Counted from the whole stretch's first letter, positions 35,493 through 48,421 are shown. The stretch is 58,004 nucleotides of DNA, filler included, from Sphacelaria rigidula (GCA_964200075.2; 6 parts of 6 records of this genome joined end to end with filler, not necessarily neighbours in it), one strand, 5' to 3'. Translations and numbers: made by a program. The notes: generated by a model from the letters alone, not told the origin.

Positions 35493-37505
35493 ATGAGCTC
35501 AACACCGGAAAGCGTGGCGGCAACCGAACTGCCGTACCGGTACAGGTGGCCTCGCCCTGCAGTGACGGTTGACTGTCTCATCTATGCACTGGACCAAGGA
35601 GAGCCATGGATCCTGCTCATCAAGCGCAAGAACGACCCTTGCAAGGGTACTTGGGCGCTACCCGGTGAGAGGCCGTTTTCCCACTTTTGTAAATCTGAGC
35701 CGTGCATCGTGCCGAGTATCATCTTGCGCAACAGGCCTCACAAGGATTATCCCTGTGTGCTGCCCAGACGTCCATGACTCCGGCCACTTGAGAACCGATG
35801 TTGACCTTTTGTTTCTGTCGCGCTTCGAACCCCTCCCCTTTCTCAGGACGAGTCCGTGGTGGCAAGGGACCAACCCATATCTCCCCCGTACACGCCTTTC
35901 TGGCATTCTGGTCTCGTGGATTGAGTCAGCACTCACACACCACGTTAACTCTCCTAAAACGACCTCAATCAACTACTTTTTGGTGGATGCCGCATTTCAC
36001 GAAGACCGCGGAAGTGCATGCTTGCATCTGGTGTATTCGCTGTGAGCGATTCCTACCCGGCTCCACGAGCTTTCTACAGTAAATAATTTTCCCGTCGTTC
36101 TCCGTTCTGCTCTTCAGGTGGTTTTGTCGATGAAAACGAGAGCCTTGAGACAGCTGCTCTGAGGGAGCTAGAAGAGGAAACGGGTGTAACCAGCAGCAAA
36201 ATGGTGCAGACAGGAGCATACGGTAAGTTTACGGAGATCAAGTTGTTCGACGGTTGCAATGTGCGTTTCATGGAAAAAGATCGTTTGCTACGGAAATCAG
36301 TCGATAGCGGGAGCACCGAGTCAACTCGAACAGAAGTGGGGTGCGCAGAGATTAGCTTGGCTGCTTTCTCAATCGTACGTTCGACTTTTCTGTTGTTTTA
36401 CATTAATCAGTCCGGGTGAAGTCCGCACTTGTACCCCTTTCATCTTTTGGTTCCGTGACCGTCCACTTCCGTTCGTAAGGTTTTGCGTTTGGATCGTGTC
36501 TGGCAACGGAGATAGACTCGAATCACACCTATCATTAACATGTCGCCTCGGTGGGTCACACCACGGCGCTCTTCTTTGTTACGCCCTGTAGTGAGTAGAT
36601 ATCGACCAACTCTCGGTGTCCTAGACATATCGTGCTGGTGTCATGCATTTTCAACACAGACCACCGACGGAGGGCTAGCCCTACAGGCCCACATTCATCT
36701 CCTTGAGGGACGTCTTCAACCTTTGCCACCGTGCTCTCGTCGATGCGTCCGCAACGTAGGTGATGCTGGGAGGGACCCAAGGGGACACACAGTCACGATA
36801 GCATTCATGGCCTGGGCTCCGTCGAGGGATTCGTGCAACGCCAAGGCGGGAGACGATGCCGCGGAAGCACAGTTCTACCCCGTGAAATCTCTTCCAAAAA
36901 TGGCGTTTGATCACATGAAGGTGCGTAGAGCGTATTGAACATGCCCAACCTAATAAGTGATGTCACAAAGCGAACCCAGACATGTAGGTGCAACCTAAGT
37001 ACCCGATGGGACATCGTCAACTAGAAAGACTCAAAGACTCGGTGTGTACAATGCGCTGGCGCCCCAGACTTGCGATGGAAATTGACACAAGAAAGCAATC
37101 CCGTGGGTGTCACGATACGCTGAGGTAATTTATTTTCGAACACACTGCGACTGACGATTGCCTCTGTGACGTGCCAACTTTAATCGTCACTTCCGTCAGA
37201 GGCAACCATTTTACCGTCTCTTCAATACATGATAGCCAGTCAACTACCCCGGACTGGTATGTGATGCCGAATGTACGCCGACGCACCCATACTTGTTCAC
37301 CTACTTGCTCCTCACGCACCGGTATCATTCCATGCAGATAATTTCCGATTCGTGGGCGAGATGCCGCTTCGAAGTGGGAGCCAATGCGGCCTCAGGGGTC
37401 GTGATAGACAGGGCAACCGATCAAACGCTTGGAGTCTACGAGGTTGAGAAGTCGACCGTGGAGGAACTAGCAGCGCTAATACCCGTGGAGGCGGAGAGCG
37501 GCTGA
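35493..37505 (+). CDS. Nudix hydrolase (ADP-ribose pyrophosphatase / NrtR-Nudix-like), 201 aa; exons 35493-35664, 36118-36222, 36760-36920 and 37338-37505
   Basis: Perfect Nudix box GGFVDENESLETAALRELEEETGV across exons 1-2, with family motifs PRPAVTVD, WALPGGFV, RDPRG, AGDDA and AFDH. Three GT-AG introns are in phase and the exon total is 606 nt. Confidence 0.92.
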
Positions 37506-38637
37506 AAGCAAAGCACTGTGCAAGGCAGGCTGTGGGAGACGCATGGCAATTATCGCTCTCCGTCGGGTGGCATGGAGTATCGGGCAATGCCGACTACGCA
37601 CTGTTATCATCTCCGACCCCGAGAAGTACCACCGGACGTTTCTATATTCGTGCAACATACGGAGAATGTTGTTCAATTTGGCATGCGTACCCCGCACGGA
37701 TTTGCCGCATTTCTCGCTACTATCGCTTTCCACCATTGAGCGTCCAACGTCGAATCGCCCGATCCTCCGTAGATTTCTCTGTGTACCGGACAAATGTATT
37801 GGTGCGGGATAGCATTCCGCTCGTTCCAAGCAAATCGCATGGTGGCGGGAGCTCGAAGCATGACACCCGCGCAATACTTGCCCCCCCTATCGCGTCAGTC
37901 GAAGTAAAGCAGGCGCTACACTCATCACTTTGTTCCAGTAGCTCGGCACGTGAATGTTTCATGTTTTAAAATTGACGTCTTTCTGCATTCGGTGTAAACT
38001 ATGTGAAAGGACGATACAGCTTGTACTAGGCCTCCATGTTCGAAGCCATGATAACCTCATCGAAACCGGCATGCTGTACGATGGCACCCAGGTGCTGCAG
38101 GTCACGCCTCTTCACCAGTTCATGTCTGGCTCTCCCTAACCATCATTAAATATACCTCGCAAGCACATGGGGTGTGCTGATGTCTTGCCTGTGTTGGGAA
38201 GATAGAGATGCCCTCTCAAAAAAATGGCCCATTGCCTTGTTCTTGCATACCGTGTCTTGACTTGGAGCAGGCAGGGCCGAGTGATTCAAACGTTCTCGAA
38301 GTCAGAGCAAGAGGATTCCTCACCCCAAGCTTCTTATGGGAACGGATTTTCCCCAGTCCATCCCCTAAAACACATTGTTGGAACGTGGTACGTTGACGAT
38401 TATGGTGCACACAGTTTTTTTTTACATACTTGCGATTCTCCATGCTAAATGTTCGAAGTACAACGCTTAAAGCCGAGCTGAAAAACTGGTTTTAAACAAT
38501 ATTCTTGTCCCACGCAAACGCCCTCAAGTCATGAAAAACGGGGGAGGGCGAGCGGGGGGGCGGGGGGGGGGGGGGGGAAGGGGGGGGGCCAGCCTAATTT
38601 TTCCTTTCCTTTGTTTTTTGGGCGTCGGAGGGAGGGG

Positions 38638-38737
38638 NNNNNNNNNNNNNNNNNNNNNNNNNNNNNNNNNNNNNNNNNNNNTTAATTAATTAANNNNNNN
38701 NNNNNNNNNNNNNNNNNNNNNNNNNNNNNNNNNNNNN
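38638..38737. other. Artificial contig spacer
   Basis: 44N-TTAATTAATTAA-44N. Confidence 0.98.
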
Positions 38738-38856
38738 GTCGCCTGCCACCCGGACCCTTTAGCACATGGTTTTCCAACGACGCTACGGTGCAAGACAAGC
38801 GACTCGAACGTGGCACACTACGCAAGGTGAATGGGGAAGAAGACTCGGATGCGGCA

Positions 38857-39741
38857 TCATGAGTCATCTGCATCCCAAGCGGTTTCCGTGTTCCGTAGAA
38901 CGGCTGTGTCGAGATCGCCTTGGTCGTGTCGTTGGAGGCACCAGGATCCCCTCCGAGCGGTCTGCACCTTGATGTAGTATGCATTATCCAAGCGAATCTT
39001 TAGGGGGCTCGGGTCATCGAGAAAACGGATAAAGTAGGAGTGGTCAGATGCATGATCGACCGAATCAATTTTACACAACCACCACAATGAATCCAAGGCC
39101 TTATACCAAAAGTACGCCCCCTTCGGCAAGCGTTGTCCGTGAAAAGACTGCATGTACTGTGAACGCGAAAGAAGACGATAGCCTGTTACAACAAACCGCA
39201 CTGAGTGTTCACGTGTCAGTTCCCGAGCGGTAGCTCCCTTGCGCATCGACCAATATCTCTCATTCAACGGGCGGTGTTGGACGGTATCTCCTACCCAGTA
39301 CAACAATATTTCCCGACGAAAATGACGTAAATCAACTTCACGCTCCCATATAAGACGCATGATACCCTTCCAATGTGTTTGATACATTACCGATATCTTA
39401 CCTCCACAACCGCGAACCAGTTGATGGCCCGAAATCCTATCTACCTCAACGTGTTCTAGGGGTGTGTCCGCATCCTCGACCGTCATATGATACGGCGGAG
39501 TTTCGATCGCATACGTGGTCAACACATACTGGCTAAGCCCTAGCGGCAGTTGTCTGGGCATGTCAGAGGAGTCATGAGGGGGGATACACGGTTTGCATCG
39601 TAGCATCAAGACGCGATTTTTCGGTTTCAAACCAGGTTCATCCGTGGGGAAAGCTAAATGCAAAGGTTTCGCTCCCACAGGCTCTTGTCTGGTGCGGTAG
39701 CGCTCGGACCAACAGCTAGCATTTCCCAAGGACCAGTCCAA
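38857..39741 (-). pseudogene. Integrase C-terminal extension: chromo-like domain plus PWWP/Tudor-like domain
   Basis: EVDRISGHQLVRG...MYQTHWKG...WEREVDL, then LPKGAYFWYKALDSLWWLCKI...YFIRFLDDP...GSWCLQ. Conserved in 51217-52560. The domain names are by-eye assignments. Confidence 0.6.
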
Positions 39742-42700
39742 TTCAAGGATTATTTCGTCTTCAACACCTTGTCCAAAGATGATGATTTCGAGCTAGCCCC
39801 TTGATTGATGGTCTCCACATCGTTATACACCCATGCTCATTGGCCTACCTTCCACACCGGGCGGTTATGCACCACACCATCCAACACCGAGTTCGCCCTG
39901 GCCACCTTGGCCAAATTGATTTGGTTCTGTTCTCGTACCACTTCATATGCAAGACGAAGACGATTGCTAACCGACAAATGATACTCTATAACATCACGAT
40001 CCAGGCTCTGATGCCCACCTGTATTTTTACGTTAGAATACCCTTGAAGGTAACCTAGGCATGCGACCAGTATGAATCTCATTCGGCGACAATCCCGTAGC
40101 GACTTTGACTGAATAGTTGTAGTTCATTTGGACAAGGGGCAGGTGCAGATCTCAGTACATCTATCTCTCATTTGCTACAGCAGCAAGCATCTGTGCCATC
40201 GTATGGTTCACTCGTTCCGCTCCACCATTGGTGAAGGGGTGATATGAACCAGTAAAAATGCGATGGGCACCCAAACGGTTACTGACGGCGGCGGGAAGTT
40301 TGCCTGAAAAATGCGGGCCGTTGTCAGACAGTAAGCGTTTGGGCACACCCCACTGTGGGATGTACATGTAGACAAGAATGTTGGCGGTACCTTCCGCGGT
40401 ATAACTACTGGGGGGGGACAGCATGCATAAGCGCATGTCGACTAAACCTATCCGTAAACATTTATCCGAAAACAAAAAAATGAACTTATGACCACTATCC
40501 GTCAGGGGTAAAGGACCGAAAAAGTCCCACGAAACTACTTCACCAGGCCCGTTTGGGAGAGGCACGGAAACAAGCGGCCAACGAACTGTTTGACGAGAAG
40601 GTTTTCGCGCCTGACCCAAAAGACCAAGCCCCACCCACCAACGTACACACTGACTCATACAAATCCCCCAATAGAAACGTTCCAACATCTGGGAGGACCT
40701 AATGGCGCCTAAATTAGTCGATGCCTGTGAATGGCATTCGTGTAGAACCCATGGGCGCAGGAGCATCGGGACATAGATGCGGATGGGTTCATCACCTAGA
40801 AGCGGGCATGGCGACTTGTCGTCTTCAATGGTCAAATGACTAAGGCAAGCAACAAATGAGTACGCCCCCCCTGGGCAGGGCTGCTGTGGGCCTGCGAGCT
40901 AACAGAACTATACCATCACCATCCGTGTACAGCATACCTTTTCTTGAAAGTTCAGTAACTTCATCCTGTGTGAGAGCTTTGAAATTCCCGACGGGCAAAA
41001 GGAATTCGATCTCTGAGAATGGACATGGGTAACCTTTCGAAAGATAATGGATAGCTGATTTACAAGCAGGTTCTGTCTGTTGTTCCCGGGCCCAATCGGC
41101 GTGGCAGAAGAGAGTCAAACGTTCCTTGAATACGCCATCTGTTGAAGCGTTTACTTCGTGTTGGATCGATTCGGGGCGGGGTTGGCATGAAGCGGTGATG
41201 TCGGAATTAAGGGTGAGCCTACCAGTTAGTGTACTCTCAGACGGAACATTAACGTCTACTCCTGCATCGATTAGCGTGGAGGGTATTGTGGTGGTGTTTG
41301 CAATATCATCACCAAGGGATGGGGGCATAGCCGTGGTTTCGGCTATGGTTGGCAGGGGCGGCACGGTCAAGGTCGATATTCTGGGGGCCTTACGCCGTGG
41401 AGGTTGAGGAGGCACAAGGAAACTATCGGGAACCGGGGTGGGGGCAGGGAGGGGAAGGTCAGGACCAAATACGGCTAATTTGGTGGCCGTTTCGGCGGTC
41501 CGCCGTCTACGAGTCCTACTCGAAATCAAATCTCGAACTTGAACTGGTAAGACGGAGTCAGCAAAGGACGGTTCTACACCTTCTGCGAAAACCATGCGCT
41601 GGCCAGTTGCACGAAAATGACCATATCCAACAGTATTCGTAGACAATCCATTCCAAACTGAGTACAACGACTGAGGTTGTAAGCTGCCCAGAAGAGATAC
41701 GTGGGCTGTGGTCGTCAGCCCACCAATGCCTAAAGCCGGCGTTTCTCTCAGTGAAGATGGTATGTAGAGACCTTTATGTCCATTCTGGCTAATGAAATAT
41801 ACAATGTCCTCGGTGGGATCGGCGATATGTCCCATGGGGGATTCATCGATAGGTTGAGCTGGTGTGGGCAAGCGTGACAAGAAGTGGGTGTTCGCACTCT
41901 GGAGACCTGTCGGTACTTTAGTTGAAAGTTGTAAGACGACAGGATTTCGAACCAGCGTTGGACCCTGGTGTTGTGTTCCGCCATTTTGGCGAGGCTTTCC
42001 AAAGACTTATGATCGGTATAAATCACAAACGGGACGTCATACAAATACTGACGCAGACGTCGCACGCCCCATACAACTGCGCCGGGCTCTTGTTCCATGA
42101 CAGACCAATTCTGTTCATTCGGAAAAGTGGTGCGACTCAGATAGACCAGGGGACGAACAGTAGCATCGACTTGCTCCTGTTCTAATGTGCAGCCAAACCC
42201 AATTTTGGAAGAATCTATGTGGAGAGGGAAAGGGCGGGAACCTTGCTCCGCTACCGACCAGTCGGGGAAGACGAGAATCGGCGGGCGCGAAAGGGTATCA
42301 AGAAGACGGCGGACGGTGTTTTCCATTTCCGGTGTAAACACAAATTCCACCCCTCTTTTGAGGAGGGTGGTGGGGGGTTTGAGCTTTTTGGCAAGGTTTG
42401 GCAAGGACTGTTCGTAGTAGCTTAGACCTCCCCACGAGGAACGCAGTGGAGAAATATCCCGTGACAGGGGCAGATCGGCGAGTGCGGCGACCTTGTCGAG
42501 GTTTGGGCTACGACCTTCGGGGGTGATGCAATGACCCAAGAACTCAATCTTCGTGGCGCCAATACGGGATTTGGAGGGGGCGAGTTTCAAGTTGTGTTGT
42601 TCAAACCGATGAAAGAATGATACCAACTGTTCGACGTGTTCAGCCGGTGTAGAGTCGTGGCACACCGCATCATCAAGGTACATATGGCATTTGGGCAATC

Positions 42701-45700
42701 CATTAGTTACACGGACACATTACACGTTGAAACGTACCTGGAGCTCCGGCGGCACCTTGTGGTGTAACCAGCCACTCGTACAAACCTGATGGCGTGCAAA
42801 ACGCTGTCAGTTCAATGTAAATTTAGATCCATCACGAGCTGGTGGTAGCCGGATTACATGTCAAAGTTCAAAAATACCTTACCCCGCCAAGAGAGTAAAT
42901 AATTTCATCAATCCATCGAAGTGGCAGCCGGGCAATTTTGGTGACAGCGTTCAATCGTTAATAATTGACAGTCAGCCTGATTATGCCATTTTTCTTGCGG
43001 ACGACTACTAAAGGCGAGGCCCACGGAGACGTCGAGTGCCGAATTATACCGCCGGATAAGTAACCTTCGAAAACTACCCGGATCTTATCCGCTAAGAGGG
43101 GGTTCGTACGGTACGGGCGCATAGCGATAGGTGGAGTGCCATCAAGGATTTTGGTCTTGAACGGTGTCGTGGTACATCGACCCAAATCCAAGCGTGCAGT
43201 AGAAAACCGTTCAGAATATCGAAACCAATATGCCGTAAGTGAGGGGGGGTGTCATCCCACAACATTTGAAAACTGGCCCGTTGTTCTGAGGAAAATCTAT
43301 TCAGTAATGCAGTTGGTGGTTGAGGTTCAGGCGCATCTGGTGGGTTTGTCACCACCATGGGGTCAGGCATGTGTAGCGGAGGGGGGCCCGTGGATTCCGG
43401 GGGGTCGGTTGACGAGTTGTTGTCCGCAGGGGGGCACACATCTTACAGGGCTGTTCGTATGAGAGGCGCTTGAGCATAACCCAACAACTTACCGTTGAGT
43501 ATATCGAAACATGCAGGGGACGTAAGGTAAATGGCCTGCCTACCTTCGTGGACGAAGACTTCGGTCTATTCAAACGGACCAACCTGTGCTTGGTCAGGTT
43601 TGAGCAGCTCGACCAAATAATGTCCTGTGAGGGCGGGCGATCCATTGCGTCTCACGAGATTCACTTTTATAAGTTGGGGTTCACGAGAAAGCGAGACTAC
43701 AGGTTCACCAATATAGTACAGACGGAAAGCATCACCTGTTTGCGTGGGGTCATCCTCATGGGCGTGAGCTCCCGAATCAGTGTCGAAGTGACCCAGTGAC
43801 GGTTTGCCTGTGACTGGACGGTTCGGGAAAGGTGTGTGCGACGTATACATGTGAGTGGAAAAACGAAACCAACTATCTCGACCCAACAAGACATCAAAAG
43901 ACATGGAACCGTCGGGCACAATTAGTGCCCATACGGACAACCGAGCAGTGGGAGTAGTATCCTGGTAGAATTGTACACTTCGTCTCACCGATTGGTTAAT
44001 CGTAAGACATGTGGAGGAACCAAAACCACCAAAAACACGAGGGTGAACGGTGGACCGACACTGCTCGTCCGCCGCGCCCGCGTTGATCATCTGTTGCCAG
44101 CAGCTGGCTGTAATGAATGTTTGAGGCGAACTAGAGTCTAGTAGCACTAGAACTATCAAATGACAGTTTGCACGCGCTCCACTATGTAAACCTATCTCGG
44201 TCGTGAAAGAAGCATCATCCATAGTTTCAGTACCACTGACGAGATCGGGCCCGAATTCGGGTAAGACATCTGGCACATCCTGCTTTGAATTTTGAACGAA
44301 GGTGCTGAAAGACACCCGTTGATGATCCTGTGGGACAAGCTTTTGGTCGGAAGGATGGTGCGTGCATGGAGTGTCAGTGTTTCTGCCTGAAATGTTTGTC
44401 TCATTAGTCGAGGGTTGAATCTCATGTACTGCAACGGAGGGGCGATGCTGGGGAAAAGCGGTTCCCGTGGTTGGACCCGACAACTATTTTGTGCGTGGTG
44501 TTTCACCCTTATTGGCCAACGGAGGGGGCGAATCGTCGTTGTGCAAAGCGGGATCAATTACATTATCCACCTTGGTCAGAACAGGAGACGATTCATCGGG
44601 GCGCGGTGTTGAGTTTGATGCCAATCAACTCAATACCATCACTAGTTAGGGCCAACATGGGAGGTTTTGGAGACGATTCGTCAGGACGCGGAGTTGGTGA
44701 AGCTGTGCTGTTCGACCCGGCGTCTACTAAAGGGGCCAACGTGGGCGAGTCAGGAGACGTGTCGTAGCTACTGCCGAGATAGCCCCCCCCCGAACCGGCC
44801 AAAAATGTGCACGGAGACGATGATCATAAACGCCGTTAGAGCTGGTTTCGTGTTCCACGACGCGACGTATTTGGGCGTTATAGCTGATTTCGGACTACTT
44901 CAAGCCTTTCATGTTGGTGGAATTGCTGCACACGAGCCCAATAGTGGGATCGCAGCCGGTTTGTCGGACGGTCTCCAGTGCACTTTTTGTGGCGGGGCTA
45001 TCTCGGCATTAGTCTCGTCTTGCGTAACACTTCATCTGCCTGGTGACGAACACACGATTGAGGTGCCTTCATGACTAGGATGCGAACGTCCATGCGTCGG
45101 CGAAGTCTCTGTCCCTACAGACGGCAACGCTTCATCGGAAATGGGTTCTAACGCAGTGCACGGTGGGTGATCAGGGAGCCGTAACGACCTGTTCGAAATC
45201 TGGGCAGTACCGGCCTGTTCCACTGTAAGGTTTTCATCTGTCTGAGCCCACACGCAATCTCTTCCTTGGAGTTCACGTGCGCTTGCTACATCAGGGTTAT
45301 CTACATGATCATCTGGAGGAGCCCGCCTAGGGTGACGCGTATAGCCCACGAAAGGGTCTGCGGCTCCAGGAGCTATTGAAATGAGTTGTCGGACAGTCGA
45401 ACCTAGGTCACGCTCTTGGTGCACCACCTGAGTCGCTGTCACTTGGGGCTCCATTCCAACCCACTGAGCGACGGAAAGCATGGGCTCTTCGCGGTTGCGA
45501 CCCCTCAAGGAATAATTAAGCTCATAAAATATAAGAGAACCGGGTACCGTAGTTTTTGCGGAACTCGGCAGGGGGGTTAGCCGGGCACTCGAGCTGCTGG
45601 GGGGGGTGTTGTGGGGCTTCGAAATTCGTATGCTCCGATGAACGGTCGAAGTGGCAGCGTCTACCGTACCAGAAGATATTTCGGCTCCGGATGTCTTAGA

Positions 45701-47080
45701 AACTGCACTACATGACCTCCTCTCCTCTGAAGGGAAGGGTTTCGATTGAATATGAGTAGTACCTGGTGAATGTAAAACTGGGTGATCAAATCCAGGATTC
45801 AAACGTTGGGTTTGGTCAGTGCTCAACTGATAGCCATGTAACGGTACACGGGCTTCGACTGTCTTGGAATCCTTCAGAGCAGTGTCAGCATATCCAGGGA
45901 AGCCACACCACATGGTTGAACCCCCGGTGGCCGCCGTTGATTGAAGTGTGTGATGTTTATGACCTGACGGAGCGGAAAATAATTGTTGGGTACTTCTGCG
46001 GTGAGTTACCGGCGAACGTTAATTCCTTATTGTGGGGCTATGCCAACGGTTGGGGAACGAACGGTCGTCAGAAGTGTAAAATGATCGCGCAGGTGGTGGC
46101 GTCCAGGTTTTCGGGTCAGTCACACGTCCTGTGTTACCTCACTGCTCGCTGCTCGGTAATGCGGGGGCTTGGTAAACGTTCCCAGAAAACGGTCAGGGGG
46201 TGCGGTGAGCATCAGGGGTGGGTTGTCGGGCGTCTTCCTAGCGTGGGGGACCCGTAGGACTAGGTGCAATCATCAGTGGTCGTCGTCCGTCTTGTGATTG
46301 TACCTGGTTCTGCTGTTGGGAGTTTGCCGGGTCAGACTGTGTCAGATGTAGCGCCGAGTCAGCGGGCCGCGTCTGGTGGTGCGCTGTTTGGTACTGCGGG
46401 TTTTGGTAGCTGGAAGCGTTATCATAAAAGCGATTACCCCGTCTAGGGCGGTTGTTTTGCCCACGCGTGTCGCCGGATTGAGGGCGGCGGTAAGAACGCA
46501 TACGCGCTTGCCAAGTTGGCCAGCACGATGCATATTGCGGATCGTGGAATATGTTATTCAAGACGCCGAATACGTTCACAAACGGTGCCTCGCAGGTGCG
46601 CATGACATGGATGGGAACTCGGCCGTCGGCGGAGTACCCAGTTTGTCCATCGAACCATATTCCGCATTTGAAGCATTTGTCCTTACACTCGCGGATAAGC
46701 TCGTTACGGATGTAGGGTTCGACGTCGCGGGCCCAGAGGGGGGGGTCGTGGTTGTTCATGGAGGTGCTCACGTTGAACACCTCCGGCCAAATTTCGTTGG
46801 CGAAGGGTCAGCGTGGAAATCGACTAGCAAATGCATCTGGCACCTGAATCTGGGCGGTCATCATGACTTCTCCTGCAGAAGTCATTGAGTGGGATATCCA
46901 CGCCGGTTGACTCGATTTCCTGCTGGGTTGCGTTCGTGACGCAGGGGCAACTGGAGTGGGAAGAGTTCCCTGACTAATTACCTGCGTACCGTGTTGGCTA
47001 AGCGCCGAAGTGGTGCCGTCCTGTCTTACTCCTATCGACTCCACAGCCTATGTACGATTCGTACGCAACCTATCGAGTCG
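38857..47080 (-). mobile_element. Decayed Ty3/Gypsy retrotransposon: gag C-terminal part, long linker, protease, RT, RNase H, linker and integrase with extended C-terminus
   Basis: Gag knuckle-like CFKCG...H..RTC (46238-46780); protease VLLDSSS...VLLGRD (43566-44483); RT SPWASPLVVV and MYLDD; RNase H LHIDSSKIGFG and YTDHKSL (41748-43191); integrase VSWDFFGP, LLSDNG and NGGAERVN (40161-40835). Many stops and frameshifts. Confidence 0.92.
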
Positions 47081-47478
47081 ACTGCATACAGTCCTTGTTC
47101 AGGTTCTTGAAAGTTCTAATAACACTGTAGGACTTGTGTGTTGTGTTCAGTGTACTACTCTGTACTGCTATATATACTGTAGGACCTCTGTATTTTAATA
47201 ATAGAGATTCAAGTATGTGGGAGGGGTCACGTTTTGGACAGGTTGTTTTTGAAACGTTCTGGGTGTTGCTTAAACGGTTCTGATTGTTTATTGGAAAATT
47301 CTGATTAGTTATTGAGGAGTTCTGATTGGTTCTGAAAATATATTTTGAAAAAAACAAAATTACGTGTTTTGTCACAGAAATCAAATGCCGAATCTGAAAT
47401 GGCCTGAGTCAACAACCAACTTGAAAATTGGAATAGGTATCAGTAGATGAAGGAGTAGAACTATTTTCGAAGATTTGG

Positions 47479-48244
47479 TGTCGATAAGAAGGTCCTAACT
47501 CTCCGAATTCTTATTCTTGAAAAAAAAACATACCCGATTCGCGAAATCCCGTGTTGTATCCTCTACTACTCTCAATCTCACGAAAACATGGTTGAGGGTG
47601 ATGATAACCTGATCTTTGAGACTCTTGTTCACTTGTGTTTTTTTTTGCGACGGCATCGTGATGTAAATCCGAGAACGAGAAGTACTGAGCAACACTGTAC
47701 GGATGTCAAGATGGAGTTCAGCATACATGTCCTACTGGGACAGCAGAGAAGCTCCAGTTGGAGTTCTATATTCAATGTGCAACACAATGGATACCCGACT
47801 AGGACTGAGAGAGGCAGACGGGATTCCATGAACACTGGTCTACCTCTGTCCTCTCTGATCGAATGTGAACCTTTCCCTCGATTTCCGGCCTCGCGGTCTG
47901 CCCTTGCGCCGCATCGCTTCCGTACTTTCCTCTACTGTTCTCTTCATGTATATCACTCTCTATTTATTTGATAACTTCTCTCGCCGACTCCCTGTTATAG
48001 AGAGCAGTGTTTCGGAGATTGTCCTGTGTCCAGGGTGCTTTCAATTCCAATTTATTCCGGTGTTCGGGACGTTGCCGTCTCGGGTTTCGGCGGTGAAACC
48101 GGAGTGGTCTCGGCTGGGCCCTTCTACTCGAAAGTGACAAGGTCTACCCGTACCTTTGTTTTGTAAGTTGCATGTGATATTTATCTTCAATGGCTCGGAC
48201 GAAACATCGCCGATTTGAATCACCAAATGACACTTTCTACGATA
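47479..48244 (-). repeat. Probable LTR preceded (minus strand) by a G9 polypurine tract at 48246-48254
   Basis: TGTCG...CGATA termini, non-coding, with an adjacent C9 run. There is no second copy in the window to confirm it. Confidence 0.45.
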
Positions 48245-48321
48245 GCCCCCCCCCAAAACGTGTTGCTCCGTCTCGAAAGGGATGCGTGGTCAATGGTCAA
48301 ATGACTAAAGCAAGCAAAAAA

Positions 48322-48421
48322 NNNNNNNNNNNNNNNNNNNNNNNNNNNNNNNNNNNNNNNNNNNNTTAATTAATTAANNNNNNNNNNNNNNNNNNNNNNN
48401 NNNNNNNNNNNNNNNNNNNNN
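48322..48421. other. Artificial contig spacer
   Basis: 44N-TTAATTAATTAA-44N. Confidence 0.98.

Noticed and set aside
37673-38330. Minus-strand exon candidates of a gene convergent on the Nudix gene
   Set aside because: Plausible open frames and some splice sites exist, but there is no recognisable homology or reliable phase chain.
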